A stretch of DNA of 49,554 nt. Origin: an uncultured Gemmatimonadota bacterium (GTDB lineage Bacteria > Gemmatimonadota > Gemmatimonadetes > Palauibacterales > KS3-K002). Within the stretch, counting starts at the first letter, position 1. Every line of letters starts with the position of its first letter. Location: assembly GCA_964348165.1 (NCBI GenBank), contig CAYGCC010000486.1:1-49554 (forward strand). The letters run 5' to 3'. Both the position numbers and the translations under genes were made by a program. Below are positions 49,018 to 49,554 of the stretch, in pieces. Below the pieces are notes generated by a model. That model did not search any database and had not been told where the DNA came from. It worked only from the letters and a program-made list of their open reading frames with translations.

Positions 49018-49436
49018 ATGACCAAAGAGGCGATCCTCAGGAAGATGTTCCAGCCTCTGCTGGAGCGGTCGGACAGGTTTGAAGTGCCCCGAGACCTGGA
49101 TCGGGGCGCCGTCTTTCAAGTCCGGCCCCAGCATTCGGGCTGGTTCGCCCTGCTCGCCGCTGACCGGCGTCGACTTCAGAGCGAATACGCGCGGCAGTCG
49201 CACTACGAAGGTTTGCGACAGACCGCCGACCCTGATCTAGGACGCTTGCTGTTCGAGAATCGCGTTCATCGCTTGGCCGTTCAATCTCAAGCCAAAGAAG
49301 AGGCCGTGCGCTTGAGCCGGCTGTTGCTCAGAGCGATTCGCACTCTCGCCCACGCACTCGAACCCCGCGACGCCTATCCTTAAGGCACTCGGCGCAAGCG
49401 AGTCTCTACGCGGCAGCGAACAATAGGGGTGGGTAA
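49018..49436 (+). pseudogene. Probable remnant of an HD-GYP domain (RpfG-like) gene
   Basis: ORF 49018-49383 ends AIRTLAHALEPRDAYP-stop. A shifted frame continues HSAQASLYAAA, matching the HD-GYP entry motif (L..ALE.RD.YT.GHS.RV..YA). No HD or GYP motif follows. Confidence 0.5.
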
Positions 49437-49521
49437 TGGAGCACACGGTCAAGAGGCGAAGCAGCGCGATCACCTGGGGATGACAACCGCCGGCGCCGAG
49501 CGCCCCACCAAAACGGCGGCG

Positions 49522-49554
49522 CTACTCCTTCAGCCGCCACTCGTGCAGGTTCTG
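49522..49554 (-). CDS. Possible 3' end of a gene entering from outside the window
   Basis: Minus strand QNLHEWRLKE-TAG with host-like codons; only 11 codons are visible. Confidence 0.3.
   Translation of the reverse strand, partial: QNLHEWRLKE

Noticed and set aside
48681..49473. ORFs 48681-48926, 48781-49203 and 49237-49473
   Set aside because: No motifs or SD; they overlap the promoter region or the HD-GYP-like remnant.

Overview
GC-rich bacterial chromosomal segment. Gene content and order suggest Gemmatimonadota (inference, not searched). Positions 1 to about 45 kb are almost all housekeeping: a partial DDAH-family gene, a probable outer-membrane protein, comF, gap-pgk-tpiA-secG, rnhA/carA, sppA-HU-moaD-moaE, mdh-sdhCDAB, dcd, a complete nuoA-N operon with fused NuoCD, PMM/PGM, carbamate kinase, sucCD, an EIIA-CBS fusion, ndk, and yceD-rpmF-plsX-fabH-fabD-fabG-acpP-fabF. 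The last 4 kb look accessory: a minus-strand three-gene module (sigma54-type activator with a pseudo-receiver domain, a ZU5-like lipoprotein, a TPR protein) and a decayed HD-GYP-like remnant. No tRNA, rRNA, CRISPR array or mobile element was seen. The best leads are that three-gene module, an M28 peptidase-like lipoprotein lacking catalytic residues next to an NfeD-like gene, an RNase HI with a rearranged active site whose start codon overlaps that of carA, and the EIIA-CBS fusion inside sucCD-ndk. All calls come from reading motifs by eye; no database search was run, so novelty is unverified.
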